Below are positions 39,338-52,087 of a stretch of 64,000 nt of DNA, piece after piece. The notes beneath the pieces were generated by a model. The model was not told where the DNA came from. It did no database searches and was given only the letters and a program-made list of their open reading frames with translations. Each line of letters begins with the position of its first letter. The first letter of the stretch is position 1. A program made the position numbers and the translations under genes. Source of the DNA: Octopus vulgaris (taxonomy: Eukaryota); NCBI GenBank assembly GCA_951406725.2, contig OX597815.1, positions 185,690,001 through 185,754,000 on the forward strand, in the 5' to 3' direction.

Positions 39338-40829
39338 TCCGAAAATGTATAAAAATGTACAAAAACGGCCAAAAAGCTGGCAGCAATGTGAGTGACAACA
39401 ACGAAAAAGTCAAAAGTGATCAAACTGAACAAACGAAAGGAAAAGTTTTTTGATGCACACGACAAAAGTGGTTTATAATAAACCAAGAGTTTGCAAGTAG
39501 CGTCCGAGGACCGTTAGGGTACGTCAAAAATTGAAGGTAAAACGTTTGGGGTGGTAGTTATAAAGAAAGTTTAAACAAAAAAAGTATTCGAATAACTTGC
39601 GGCTGCAGCAGCTATTAGCAGAAGTGGCGGTGTTGGGGGTAAAGTCTCGAATGTAATTTCTTCCTGGTAGGAATTGGTTGGATCGAATTATCGATAGCTA
39701 AAAAGGTCAAGTTGCGTCCCCTAGACAGTCTGGTTTGTGTTTAATACACAAATTTGTTTGCTATGTGTGCCACATATGATTAAATTAACCGATTTTTTCC
39801 AATAATGTATCCTATTGGAATAAAAAGGGCTATATAGCTCCTTGGAGCAGACATGATGCTCGTTGTGAAAAAAAAAAAGATTCCTGCCAATTTGTGAAAG
39901 ATATTGTCGAAAATATGTCATCTTGAATTTGAACGCGATTTCCCAAAATGGCATGATTTTATCGATTGTTTCTGATGGTAAGGTATTGCATGGAAAACTA
40001 AAGTCAGAATTGAGTTTCTTAGGGTAACATTAAGCTTCACCATGAGTTTGGTGAAAATCGATTGCAAGTCGTGAAAACTACCATAGATAATGCGTTACAT
40101 AAAAAAAGCTTAGATTCTCGAGTTGCGTCCCCTAGACAGTCTGTGGTTCATGTTTATGATTCTCGACCCCATGTCGAATTTATCAATTTTTTTCAGAACT
40201 GGGGGAACTTTTCAAAATTTTCGCTGCGTTAGTTTTGAATTATGACATTGGGCTATGTGTGTGTCAAGTTTCATCAGAATCGGTTGAAAGCCGTGGTCAA
40301 GGTGAGGGTACGAGAAAACAGACACACAGAAGCACGCACAGACAAACTGCCGTTTATATAGAGAGAGATAGATTGAAAGGGAGAGAGAGAGAGAGCTAAG
40401 GGTAGACAGAAGGACAGACAGACAGACAGACTGACAAGCAGGCAGACAGGCAGACCCAATCACAGACAGACATATAGACAGACAGACAGACAGACAGATT
40501 GATATAGATAGAAAAACTGGCTGACAGGAATATGTAAGAATGGGAAAATGGATGTAAAATGATAATGATGGGTGGTGCCCCAGCATGGCCACAGCTCATG
40601 AGCTGAAACTAGATGAAATGAAAAAAAAATAAATAAAAATATCATCATCATCATCATTGTGGTAAAAAGTTTCCTTCCCAACCACATGGTTTTAGGTTCA
40701 GTCCTGCTCTGTGTCACCTTGGGCAAGTGTCTTCATTACAGCTTCAGATTGAGCAAAGCCTGGATGGATTTGGTTGAGAGAATCTGAAAGAAGCCAGTCA
40801 ATATATGTGTAAGTTAGGAGGTAGGTTGT

Positions 40830-41075
40830 GGATGTGCATGGCTAAGTGGTTAGGTTGTTGAACTCATGATCGTAAGGTTGTGGTTTCGATTCCTGGACTG
40901 GGCGATGCATTGTGTTCTTGAGCAAAACACTTCATTTCAGGTTGCTCCAGTCCACTCAGCTGGCAAAAATGAGTAATCCAGCAACGGACTGGCGACCCGT
41001 CCAGGTGGGGAATTTCTACACCACAGAAACCGGGAAACCGGCCCTTATGAGCCTGGCATGGCTCGAGAAGGAACA
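40830..41075 (+). mobile_element. V-domain-like SINE (related head also at 41947-42265)
   Basis: tggctaagtggttagg...gtttcgattcc...tgtgttcttgagcaaaacactt...gctccagtccactcagctg...ggactggcgacccgtccagg. Confidence 0.75.
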
Positions 41076-41671
41076 TATATATTTTTAGGAGGTAAGTTGA
41101 TGTGAAAGGTGTTGGAAAGATTGAGATGTGGGGTGCATAAGAGTATCTATTAAGGGTAGGCATAATGGTGGATATGAGTGTTGAGAATGATAACAGGTGA
41201 GTGAAGAATGGTAGAGGAGATACCTGCACATTTAAACGCATGCATGAGTGCACACACACACACTCATCGTTTCAATTTCCATATTAGCATGGTTTGGACG
41301 AACTAAGAAAGAATTCTTTATAGTTAGTCCTTATGTGGAGCAACTGTCTTCCTCGATATGTTTGAGGAACAGGTCTTGCACAAATATTCCATTTCCATAT
41401 GGCTGGATGTTATTTCTAATAGCAACCTCTTTACCTAATGTACTGAATAAATTTTTTCATGGCCCCAACATTACTGAAGTGGTGGTGAAACTCTAAACGG
41501 TCTTTCAGCCTTGTGTTGTCTTCACTTATTCATAAACCACTTTACAGAATAAAACAGCTGCATTTGATCTTGATATCAGATCTGTTGAGGTTACTTTGTG
41601 CTCCATAAAACTAAAGAAATCTCACCACTCTCAGTTGTTATCATTCATTCAAGATAACATGAGAACTAAGA

Positions 41672-41779
41672 GTGAATACATTATTTACATTTGACGGATA
41701 TTTGTCCTCATTTTATTTGTTGTTAACACAACATCAGGTGTCTTGGGGAAATTTCGAACCTGGTTTCTCATTCCTGGGT
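41672..41779 (-). mobile_element. Fourth copy of the hammerhead module, with the core deleted
   Basis: Matches 203-348 in reverse, but the stem II-GAAA segment is missing (ttaacacaa-cat-caggtgtc junction). Confidence 0.7.
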
Positions 41780-42761
41780 TATGAGGTTGGAAGAAGAGAG
41801 TATATAACCAGAGAAACAGAGTTATTGTGGTGGTGGGGTGTCAGAGTAAGTGGAGAGCCTGGTAAATAGCCATAGCACACTTCTCTGCTTCCTGGACTTC
41901 AGATTAATGTTCCTTTTATTTGCCCTGGTAATATGCTTCATTATTGAAGGCATATGACTCAGTGGTTAGAGCGTTGAGCTTATGATCGTGAGGTTGTGAG
42001 TTCGAATCGCAGACCGGGCTGCGTTTTGTGTTCTTGAACAAGGCACTTTATTTCACGTTGCCCCAGTTAACACAGCGGTAGAAATGAGTTGCGTCAACAT
42101 TGGTACCAAGCTGTATCAGCCTTTGCCTTTCCCTTGGATAACACTGGTGGTGTGGAGAGAGGAGACTTGTATGCATGGATGACTGCTGGTCTTCCATAAA
42201 CAACCTTGTCCGAACTTGTGCTGGGAGGTTAACTTTCTAGGTCAGTCATGACCAAAGGGGGTTTCAAATATGCTTGATTTTAAGAGCTCGGGATCCATTT
42301 GTTCATTCATTTTATGTCTGTTTTCCTATGTTTGCATGGGTCAGCTGAATATATTGAGACCTCATGTTACACTTGAATGACCCTAGTAATGTTCCTTCTT
42401 AGCTGTTTTTCACGTAAGGGAACTCTTACTCCTCACAGCTTCAAAATAATTAGGGGACCAGACAATTTATCAACAAGAAAAAAAACCCTCAAAAACACTG
42501 CCTGGCATGCCATACAAGCTGGCACACAAATGTAAACCAATACACCTACACATGTACATGATGGTACCCTGTCAGTTCTTGTCTACCAGTTCTACTCATG
42601 TGTAGATTTTCCATAGAAATCATAACCTGCAGATTTTCCATAGAAATCATAACCTGTACCGATTTTCTTATGATGTTTCGTATACTTGACATCAGATTTG
42701 ATGTCTTGGGTATGAAGAGTCACAACAAAATCAGTGTTGGATATGATTTCTGTAGAAAATC

Positions 42762-42927
42762 AGGCGTAGGAGTGGCTGTGTGGTAAGTAGCTTGCTTACC
42801 AACTACACGGTTCCAGGTTCAGTCCCACTGCGTGGCACTTTGGGCAAGTGTCTTCTACTATAGCCTCGGGTCGACCAAAGCCTTGTGAATGGATTTGGTA
42901 GACAGAAACTGAAAGAAGCCTGTCGTA

Positions 42928-42980
<53 letters not shown>

Positions 42981-43210
42981 GTGTGTGTATATGTTTATGT
43001 GACTGTGTTTGTCCCCCCCCCCAACACCGCTTGGCAACCAATGCTGGGGTGTTTACGTCCCCATAACTTAGTGGTTTGGCAAAAGCGACCAATAGAATAA
43101 GTACTAGGCTTACAAAGAATACGTTCTGGGGTCGATTTGCTCGACTAAAGGTGGTGCTCCAGCATGGCCCCAGTCAAATGACTGAAACACATAAAAGAAA
43201 AATAGAAAGA
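42762..43210 (+). mobile_element. Full-length tRNA-derived SINE with an internal (TA)/(TG) microsatellite
   Basis: ggcgtaggagtggctgtgtggtaag...ggttcagtccc...ttgggcaagtgtcttctactatagcc...(ta)n...gatttgctcgactaaaggtggtgctccagcatggcc...ctgaaac, ending in an A-rich tail. Confidence 0.85.
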
Positions 43211-43254
43211 TGTGTGTGTGTATGCACACATATTGAGTTAGAAAACACAGATCT

Positions 43255-43440
43255 AATGGATACAAATTAATTTATTAATTAATGAACATAATAACCAACA
43301 ATTGTTTCTTTTCTCAAATAAGATTAAAATTACAAAACAATTATAAAAATATACTTTTGCATTTTCAGGAAATTATTTGAGAAAAGAAACAATTGCTGGT
43401 TAATATGTTGATAAATTAATTAATTAATTTGTATTCATTA
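43255..43440. repeat. ~67-bp imperfect inverted repeat
   Basis: taatggatacaaattaat...caattgtttctttttctcaaataa pairs with ttatttgagaaaagaaacaattg...aattaatttgtattcatta. Confidence 0.75.
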
Positions 43441-43607
43441 TATCTCACTCTTTTCTAACTCAATAACAATGTCTGATATCTCACACTATTCTATATAATA
43501 TATTCAATGAAGGATTTTCTCTTCATAATTTAATATATTAAACCAGTGTATCTTGGATAAATATCCCTAAAAGAGGTTTGAATATCCTCCTTGTGAATAT
43601 ATATGTG

Positions 43608-43708
43608 AAGGGGTGTATGGAAAGCTTTGAGCCTTCAGGGCCTTTGAGCCTTGAAATGTTGTACCATGTTTTGTTTTTCTGAGGCTCAAGAGTATTCATA
43701 CACCCCTT
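43608..43708. mobile_element. Small MITE-like foldback element
   Basis: Imperfect ~27-bp arms aaggggtgtatggaaagctttgagcct / aggctcaagagtattcatacacccctt, within (TA)n context. Confidence 0.5.
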
Positions 43709-44197
43709 GTATATAAATATGTATATATGTATTGATGTATGTATATGCCTGACTCTTCAATAGCATTTTCTTACTTGCCCTTTTATATGCAGGTGAGATG
43801 GGGGTTGGCTACTACAAAGAGGATAGAACATCAATTGGCTATGATGCAAAGAGCCAAGGGAAGATCCATCCAATGAATATCATTAAAGAAACACACTCTA
43901 AATGAGATAATTCAAGAATGGTGAAGAGTGAATGATGTAATCACTGTGTAGTGAAAGTACAAGTTCCGATGGGCTGGAAATGTCACAAGATTCACAGACA
44001 ACAGGTGGACCCAAGCAATTGTTGAATAAGATCCAAGAGATTAGGAAAGGCCAATCAGAAGGTCTCCACAATGAAGGGAAGCACTGGGTATTCCATCATC
44101 AGAGACAAAGTATGAATGTTGAAATCGTATGGTCGACCAACTGTAGCACTTACTCAACATAGCTGTTCATTTAGATCACAAATGAACTAAAACCCTC

Positions 44198-44244
<47 letters not shown>

Positions 44245-44518
44245 GCATCCTTTTTGTCTCGGGAGACAATGGAGTTGAGCATAAAGTAGTCTAGTTCGGC
44301 TTTTACATTTCATGTCCTGATACATTTCCTGCTGCTGTGGCTGTGTAGTCCTATCCTGGACAAACACTCCCTCTGGCAGGTACCGCAAATGTAGCAAAGA
44401 CTACATATATCATCATCATCATCATTGTTTAACGTCCGTTGTCCATGCTAGCATGGCTTGGACGGTTCGACCGGGGATCTGGGAAGCCAGAAGGCTGCAC
44501 CAGGCTCCGGTCTTATCT

Positions 44519-44550
<32 letters not shown>

Positions 44551-44940
44551 CTAGCAGTATTGCCTGGCATTGCTCGGGTTTGTTTTGACCCTTTAGAATT
44601 GGAATTTTTAAAAAGTACAAATTTTGCATTATGTAGTTTGTTATTCTCTTTAAGTGAACATGTTTCTGGTTGAAATACACTAAAATATGGCGACACAGCA
44701 GTAAAAAAATCGTAAAGAATAGGGATTTTCATAGAAAAAAAAGCACGTTTTTGATGTAAATAATTTTTGGTGTTAACATGGTCCAATTTGAATTTATTCT
44801 TCTACGGAAGGAAGAGCAAGCCTTTTTCTAGCATACTCTTAATTTTAATCAACTTGCGCCGCAGGGTCTCGGAGGAGATAGTGTTAGTTGAAGGCTACCA
44901 AACCTGCCATACACAGAAAACTTCAGCTTTATATATATAT
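44551..44940 (-). mobile_element. Non-autonomous Helitron, different subfamily with a related 3' end
   Basis: ctagcagtattgcctggcattgctcgggtttgt matches the 3' terminus of the 33001 element. It sits within (TA)n. The presumed 5' end (TATATAAAGCTGAAG on minus) merges with TA repeats. Confidence 0.75.
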
Positions 44941-45101
44941 ATATATATAAAGCTGTTATATATATATATATATATATATATATCAGCAATTATACAAATA
45001 TAGAGAGAGGGAGAAAGAGAGAGCGGGAGAGAGAGACAGACAGACAGAAAGAGGTACACATACAGATATAGACTGGAAGATAGACATAGATAGATATAGA
45101 C

Positions 45102-45204
<103 letters not shown>

Positions 45205-45540
45205 TATATATAGATAGACAGAGACAGAGGTAGATAGGCATATTGCTATACAGATGTGGAGCATAAAAAGCAGTAATCAAATGTGCAGATCAAAAGATAC
45301 TCTTTCTGTAGGCAATATGGAGAGTATGAATTATCAGACAAGTGGAAATCTATTCAACAAAGAGTTCATTTCCACTTTTTTTTTATGGTATCTCTCTATA
45401 GTTGTTGCTTCCTTAGATATATTCATATACACGTACAGTACATACAATTATACAATCCAATCATCTGCCTATCTATCTCTCTGTTTCTCATATATATATA
45501 TTTATATATATATATGTATATATATGTATATGTATATATG

Positions 45541-45573
<33 letters not shown>

Positions 45574-45863
45574 GAAATATATAATGTGTGTGTGTGTTGT
45601 AATAGATTATGTATGTGTGTCTTTGTAAACATGCAGCTGCGTATATGGATGTGCATACAATGATCTCTATGTGTTTGCATGTATGTGTGCACTCATTTTC
45701 AGATATTTGATTGTGCATATATTTGTATGAGCTTGCATTTCTGTGAATGTCTTTATTATTATTATTATTATTATTTTTTTTTTGCATCTAAATTTTTACG
45801 TATATAGACATGAATAACTTTAATTCAGCTAGACATAAAAGTGCATTGCCTACCATTGATCAT

Positions 45864-45899
<36 letters not shown>

Positions 45900-45903
<4 letters not shown>

Positions 45904-46219
45904 AGAGGGAGAGACAGACTGACAGGTGAAGAGAGAGAAAGATAGGTAAGTAAATAGATAGACAAAGATAGATTGATAGATAGACAAACAAATAGACTGA
46001 TAGACAGTCAGGCATATAGGCAGACAGACAGGCAGGTATAGATAGACCGACGGACAGGCAGGTATAGATAGACAGACAGACAGACAGGTATAGATAGACA
46101 GACAGACAGATTGATAGACAGACAGATTGATAGACAGACAGATTGATAGACAGGCAGATAGATAGACAGGCAGACAAACAGACAGGTATAGACAGAAAGC
46201 CAGACAGTCAGGCAAATTA

Positions 46220-46296
<77 letters not shown>

Positions 46297-46435
46297 CAAT
46301 AGACAGATAAATAGATACAGATAGACAGACAGACTGATAGATAGACAGAGACAAACAGAAAGATGGACAGACAGAGATATACTGCCAGATAGATTGATAG
46401 ACAAACAGACAGACAGCTAGACAGAGACAGTTAAG

Positions 46436-46495
<60 letters not shown>

Positions 46496-46544
46496 CAGAG
46501 ACAGATAGATAGACAGACAGTTAAGTAGATAGATAGACAGAGAC

Positions 46545-46587
<43 letters not shown>

Positions 46588-46600
46588 CAGATAGATAGAT
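45900..46600. repeat. (GATA)/(GACA)n tetranucleotide array; complementary arrays at 55440-55830 and 57290-57745
   Basis: Read directly. Confidence 0.95.
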
Positions 46601-47501
46601 AATGCTCTGTATGTATCCTGGTTTTTTGAAAAGTTACTTTGTTTTTCTACATATTTGTATGAGGTGATGCAGTGGTGTCTCAGAGGGTCTCCTGTCGTAA
46701 TCCCATCCAAGGCACAGTAACAGGGAAAAGCAATTGGTAGAATCATCGTGATGGCAATCTTGATATATTTTTATATCTTTTACTTGCTTCAGTCATCGGT
46801 TTGTGGCCATGCTGGGGCATCGCCTTGAAGAATTTTGGCTGAACGAATCAACCCCAGCACTTGATTTTTTTTTTCAAGCCTGGTATTCATTCTATCAATC
46901 TTTTTGATGAACAGCTAAGTTACAGGGACATAAAAACACTATCACCAGTTGCCTAGGGATAGCGAGAGGCAGGCACACACACACACATATATATATATAT
47001 GTATATATATATAAATAACAGACTAGTATCATAAGCTACAGCCAGTTGCATGGCTGACAAAGTTACAAAAGGGAGCCTGTATGCCACTGACTGACCTGCT
47101 AGAAATAGCAGCATAAACTCTTTCAAATCACAACCTATTGTTTTAAAATGGAAAAAAATGTTGAATTTTATAGTCCTTTCGAAAATAAAAAATGGATGGT
47201 CATAGCTGGATTGCATTTTATTATGATTTTTTTCTCTTTTCTCTTTATTTTTTTTTTACATCATTTAGTAAAAATTCAACACACATCAAGCGTTTTATTA
47301 TTTCTAAGGCATCAAAGACTGATAGGAAGAACTCCTTTAAGAAATAAATGAGTTATTGCCAACACTGATCTCAAGTTTGAATATTCACAACAAGGAGGAC
47401 CCTAGTGAATTTACCCTATATAAAGGTCGTGCTGTTAGATAAAGTAATGAGGTATAACACTGTGTGTACCACTGGTCTCCAGTCACTTCTAGATACATAT
47501 T

Positions 47502-47717
47502 CTTTTTTACTCTAGGCACAAGGCCTGAAATTTAGGGAGAGGGGACCAGTCGAATAGATTGACCCCAGTACACAACTGGTACTTAATTTATCGACCCTGA
47601 TAGGATGAAAGGCAAATCAGCCTCAGTGGAATTTGAACTCAGAACATAAAGACAGATGAAATACCGTTAAGCATTTCACCCAGCATGCTAACATTTCTGC
47701 CAGCTCTCTGACTTAGC
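47502..47717 (-). mobile_element. MetaSINE-like SINE with 14-bp TSD
   Basis: TSD tctagatacatatt at 47488-47501 and 47718-47731. Confidence 0.85.
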
Positions 47718-47942
47718 TCTAGATACATATTGTTTCACTCTATCTATCAAGAATTGAAATTTTGTCTTTCTTTTGGAAAACTCCAAAGCTAATTTTCTTT
47801 TTTTTTTTTGCTTTCAGTTTTTTAACCGAAAGACTTATGACTAACGATGCAAAGACAATAAAATAAAATTTAAAAAAACCTCTTTGGTAAGTTTATATTT
47901 GACAAACCTTTGACAATAAATAAAAGGCGCCAAATAATAGAT

Positions 47943-48408
47943 CATTCATTCTCAACCATTCTTTTGCCTATGGACCTTCATTTTTAGTTGAATGGACCCT
48001 CGTAGCAATTTCATGTTTAAAAAAAATCGTGTTGAAATTTTATAATTAAATTTTATTAGGAATTATTTTTTAAATTATTTAAATATTTTGTGCATTGTAG
48101 AAGTAAAAGTACCATATTTTAACATGTTTAATGAACCTTCGTGTATAAGGAACTGCATGTATAAGGAACCTCGTGTATAAGGTACCCCTAATTTGGGGTG
48201 CTTAAAATTTGGAAAAAAAGGCTTTGTAAGGGATTATAATACTATCAATGTATAAGAAACTCCTATATTTTTTTAACCTAATTTTTTGACAAAGAGTGTT
48301 TCTTTATACACATCAAAATATAGTAATTTATTACACATGAATTTTAATAAGATCTTATATGGACCTCCCCCCACCAAGGGTCGTGTGGACCCTGGTTGAG
48401 AACTACTG
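47943..48408. mobile_element. hAT (Charlie-type)-like MITE remnant
   Basis: Right TIR gttgagaactactg (48395-48408); degenerate left TIR cattcattctcaacc. No clear 8-bp TSD. A similar TIR (cagcgtttctcaacc) occurs at 26826. Confidence 0.5.
48112..48323. mobile_element. Tc1/mariner-pogo-type MITE nested in the hAT remnant
   Basis: TA|ccatattttaacatgtttaa ... ttatacacatcaaaatatag|TA, with internal gtgtataagg repeats. Confidence 0.55.
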
Positions 48409-48794
48409 AGCTGTATGGAAACTGAAAGTGGGCAGTTTGAAATGCTGTGTTTATAAATAATGAACACAGAAGGTCATATAAAGGAAATAGAAATGTAGCA
48501 AAACTCCTACCCCAAATTTGAATCAGATATTGATTAATATCAACAACCAGAACTCAGTCATCTGCTGTTGTTTTGACCTTGAGAAATGTAACCCCTTACG
48601 TTGTTAGCTAACATTGAACAATATGAAAAGAAGACACCAACACATTGCCATCTATGTGGTTGGCTTGAGGCAAAACGACCACAACATGATGAGTGCATAA
48701 TCATACACAACAAATACACACACACACACATATATATCATCATCATTATCATCTTTGTTTAGCGTCCGCTTTCCATGCTAGCATGGGTTGGACG

Positions 48795-48975
48795 GAGAGT
48801 TCACGAAAAAACAAATGACGAAGACAGGTGGTGTAGAAAACAAACAGATGTAATAGTATAACGCTCAGGAATTGAAAAAGTCTTTTACGTTTCGAGCGTA
48901 CGCTCTTCTACAGATAGGGACACAGAGGAAAACACAAGGAGAGAAACAGAGAAAAAAAAATGTGTGTAGTGGCTA
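48795..48975 (-). mobile_element. Second copy of the variant-hammerhead repeat (motif 48881-48918)
   Basis: Minus strand: cctat-CTGTAGA-a-gagc-gtac-gctc-GAAA-cgta-aaagac. Downstream flank (ttcctgagcg...ccacctg...cttcgtc) is shared with the 12465 copy. Confidence 0.65.
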
Positions 48976-49324
48976 CCGATCTATCATGGCGACTGATACA
49001 TACATATATATAGATATTTATATATTTATACATGGATATGTGTATGGCTCTCACTCTCTCATTTAGATATACATATATGCACACATGTACAAACATAAAT
49101 TCACACTTTTACATAAATATACACACATAAATATATTCGTATACATATGCATAAAAGGATATTCTAAAGCATAATGAGTGACTAATAAGAGAAGCAATTG
49201 GTCTGAAGAGTAAAAATCTAAAGAGGATTCTTCATATAATAATAGCAATATAGTAATAATGAATATGTGTGTATATCTCTCTCTCTCATTTAAATATACA
49301 TACACACATACCCAAACATTAATG

Positions 49325-49763
49325 CACATACATACATATACATGTGAATAAAGGACTTTCTAAAGCAAAATGATTTAATGATGAGAGAAGAATTTAGTTT
49401 TTAAGAGTAAAATTACTAAACGTGCTTCTTAACAGACCTCATAACTCTAAAATACCGTGATATATTCTACACACATACATACATATATATGTGAATAAAG
49501 GACTTTCTAAAGGAAAATGATTTAATGATGAGAGAAGAATTTAGTTTTTAAGAGTAAAATTACTAAACGTGCTTCTTAACAGACCTCGTAACTCTAAAAT
49601 ACCGTGATATATTCTACACACATACATACATATATATGTGAATAAAGGACTTTCTAAAGCAAAATGATTTAATGATGAGAGAAGAATTTAGTTTTTAAGA
49701 GTAAAATTACTAAACATGCTTCTTAACAGACCTCATAACTCTAAAATACCGTGATATATTCTA
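49325..49763. repeat. Tandem repeat, 3 x 147 bp, plus a diverged copy at ~49145-49240
   Basis: gtgaataaaggactttctaaag at 49344, 49491 and 49638. Confidence 0.92.
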
Positions 49764-50887
49764 TGGTCATTCTCTTTGCAAAGAGAGAACAGAAATTCAC
49801 TTCAATAAACAGAATGCTTGGAATTGTCTTTGAAATGCAATTTACTGCAAAATATCCTAACAAGTGAAATTACTATTCTACACTTTGAAGTTCTAGCACT
49901 TTTGAACTCCATGACTTATCACTTCTTCCTTCTATTTTGATGCCAGGTTTGCAGGTCCTATCAAAGATAATGGATGTTTCCCTCCCTCTTCTAAGTAAAC
50001 CATTATTATAAATATTTCGTTTTTGGATTTGGTTTGCAAGATTCTTTATATGAGTTCGCTTGTTGAAGCATATTCTGTTGTGCCTGGGGAGAGTCATTTT
50101 CTTTATGGGCCTTATAATATAATACACTCGCTGGTAAAATTTCCACTTATTCCTTATTTTTATTTTCGAAAATTTTAGGAAAATGACACCCCAGACACAA
50201 CAGAACATTATTATAAATAAAAGATGAAAATGTTTCTAGGGGCATATAGAATGTTAAGATCCAGGTTATTCATTTAAAAATATTTTTTCCCCTTCCAATT
50301 AAATCACCAGTGTTTTGTAGAGAACCTCTTGAAATTAATATATTATTTTACAATTGTTAAGGGAACTAGGGTCCACCTAGATTTCTGTGTAAAAAGTACA
50401 TACACACTTGAATAGGAAAAAAAAAAAAAAATTGAAGAAAAACCTTACACTGGATTTGAACTGAGGATTTATTAGCTTTAGATGTCAAATATCTTATCCA
50501 TTTAGCCAGTGTGCTTCATGTAAAACTGAACTGGTTTGAAAGGAATATAATTAGGAGATTAGTTTACAGTTATTGATTTCTTGCGTAGGCGTAAGGCCAA
50601 TCATAGAGGGAGGAAAAAAAAAATCGATTTTATCGATCCCAGCATATTGATGGTACTTACTCCGTCAATCTCAAAGAGATAAAAGGAAAGTTGACCTTGG
50701 AAGGCCTTGAAACAGGAACCAAAAGGGAAGGGAGTATTGATATTCATATAAATAAGTAAAATTATGCCTCGTGTTATGATGTGTTAAAAACTTCTATATA
50801 GAATCTTTATTGCCTCCTCCCCCTCCTCCTCCTTTGGTGTGTTGTTGCAGCTTTTCTCATTATGTAAAGTTAGTAAGTAGTTATTAT

Positions 50888-51500
50888 GGAGAGGAAGGGA
50901 GTGAGACGGCAAGAGGGAGAGAGAGAGAGAAGGGTAGAAAGAGAGTGAGAAAAAGAGAGATGGGGATAGAGAGAAAGCAGGACGTAAAGAGAGTGAGACA
51001 GAGAGAGAGACAGACAGACAGAGTGAGAGAAAGCAGGAGAGGAAAGCAGGGTAGAAAGAGAGTGAGAAAAGAGAGATGGAGATAGAGAGAGAGAAAGTAA
51101 AGAGAGAGAGGAAGTAAAGAGAGTGAGGAAGTAAAGAGAGTGAGAGACAGACAGAGTGAGAGAAAACAGGAGAGAAAGAGAGGAGAGGGGAGAGAGACAG
51201 TGAGAAGGAGAGAAAGAAGGGTAGAAAGAGAGTGAGAAAAAGAGAGATGGGGATGGAGAGAGAGAGGAAGCAAGACGTAAAGAGAGTGGGGGAGAGAGAC
51301 AGACAGACAGAGAGAAAGCAGGAGAGAAAGAGAGGAAAGGGGGAGAGAGACAAAAAAACAGATAGATAGTGAGAGGAAGAGGGATAGATAATGAAAGTGA
51401 AAGAGGATTAAGGAGAGCATGAAATAGAGAGTAGAGGAAGAAGAGTGGAGAAAGAGAGAGAGAGAGTGAGGCATAGAGTAGAGAGAGAGAGAGAGAGAGA
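50888..51500. repeat. Polypurine (GA-rich) tract with internal repeats
   Basis: gggtagaaagagagtgagaaaa at ~50932, ~51049 and ~51219. Confidence 0.9.
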
Positions 51501-51537
51501 GGATTATACATACATTCTTTTCTGCATAATTATATAC

Positions 51538-51571
<34 letters not shown>

Positions 51572-52042
51572 TGTTTGTGTGTGAAATTATTAACCATACA
51601 TCTATAGATGCATACATCACACTATCTATCTACCTAACTTATGAATATATAACATATGTGCATATACGTGTGTGTATATATATATATGTGTGTGTGTGTG
51701 TGTATAAATATATATATATACACACACATCCATGTGTGTGTGTGCGTATGAAGTGGTTGACAGGTGGATTTTTTTTATCAGGTTCAAATCCTGCCAACAT
51801 CTACTTCATTACTCTATCATCTGTCCTTTGTCAGTAAAGTTTAGTCTCGGGGCCCAGAACTGGTGCAGTACCCCCCGCCCCCGCCAAGCAGTCCGCATAT
51901 TAAATATTCACCCTCAAATCAAGCATGAGAAGACTTAGAGAGGATGTCTTATGTCAAATTCGTGGCTGCAGTGAAAACAGAAAGCAATGGAAAGAAAAGT
52001 TTCATCTATGTTGAAACCAGCTCATTCCTGACTGAAGAAGCA

Positions 52043-52087
<45 letters not shown>

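Larger units (their letters stand above)
34247..40368 (-). mobile_element. Full-length Helitron (rolling-circle DNA transposon), disabled
   Basis: Minus-strand 5' end reads A|TCTCTCTCTATATAAACGGCAG (40368). The 3' end is the hairpin CCCGG-GCAACG-CCGGG followed by CTATGCTG-CTAG|T (CTAG at 34247-34250). It is inserted between A and T with no TSD. It encloses Rep and PIF1 helicase coding sequence and is visibly more GC-rich than its flanks. Confidence 0.96.

Noticed and set aside
39217-39486. N-terminal extension of the 268-aa ORF (MVYYKPLL...)
   Set aside because: It spans the 61-bp tandem duplication and T-rich leader. MPPKKRR at 39216 is the more plausible start.
49325-49763. CRISPR-like periodicity
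   Set aside because: Units are whole tandem copies with no unique spacers, the context is eukaryotic and there are no cas genes.
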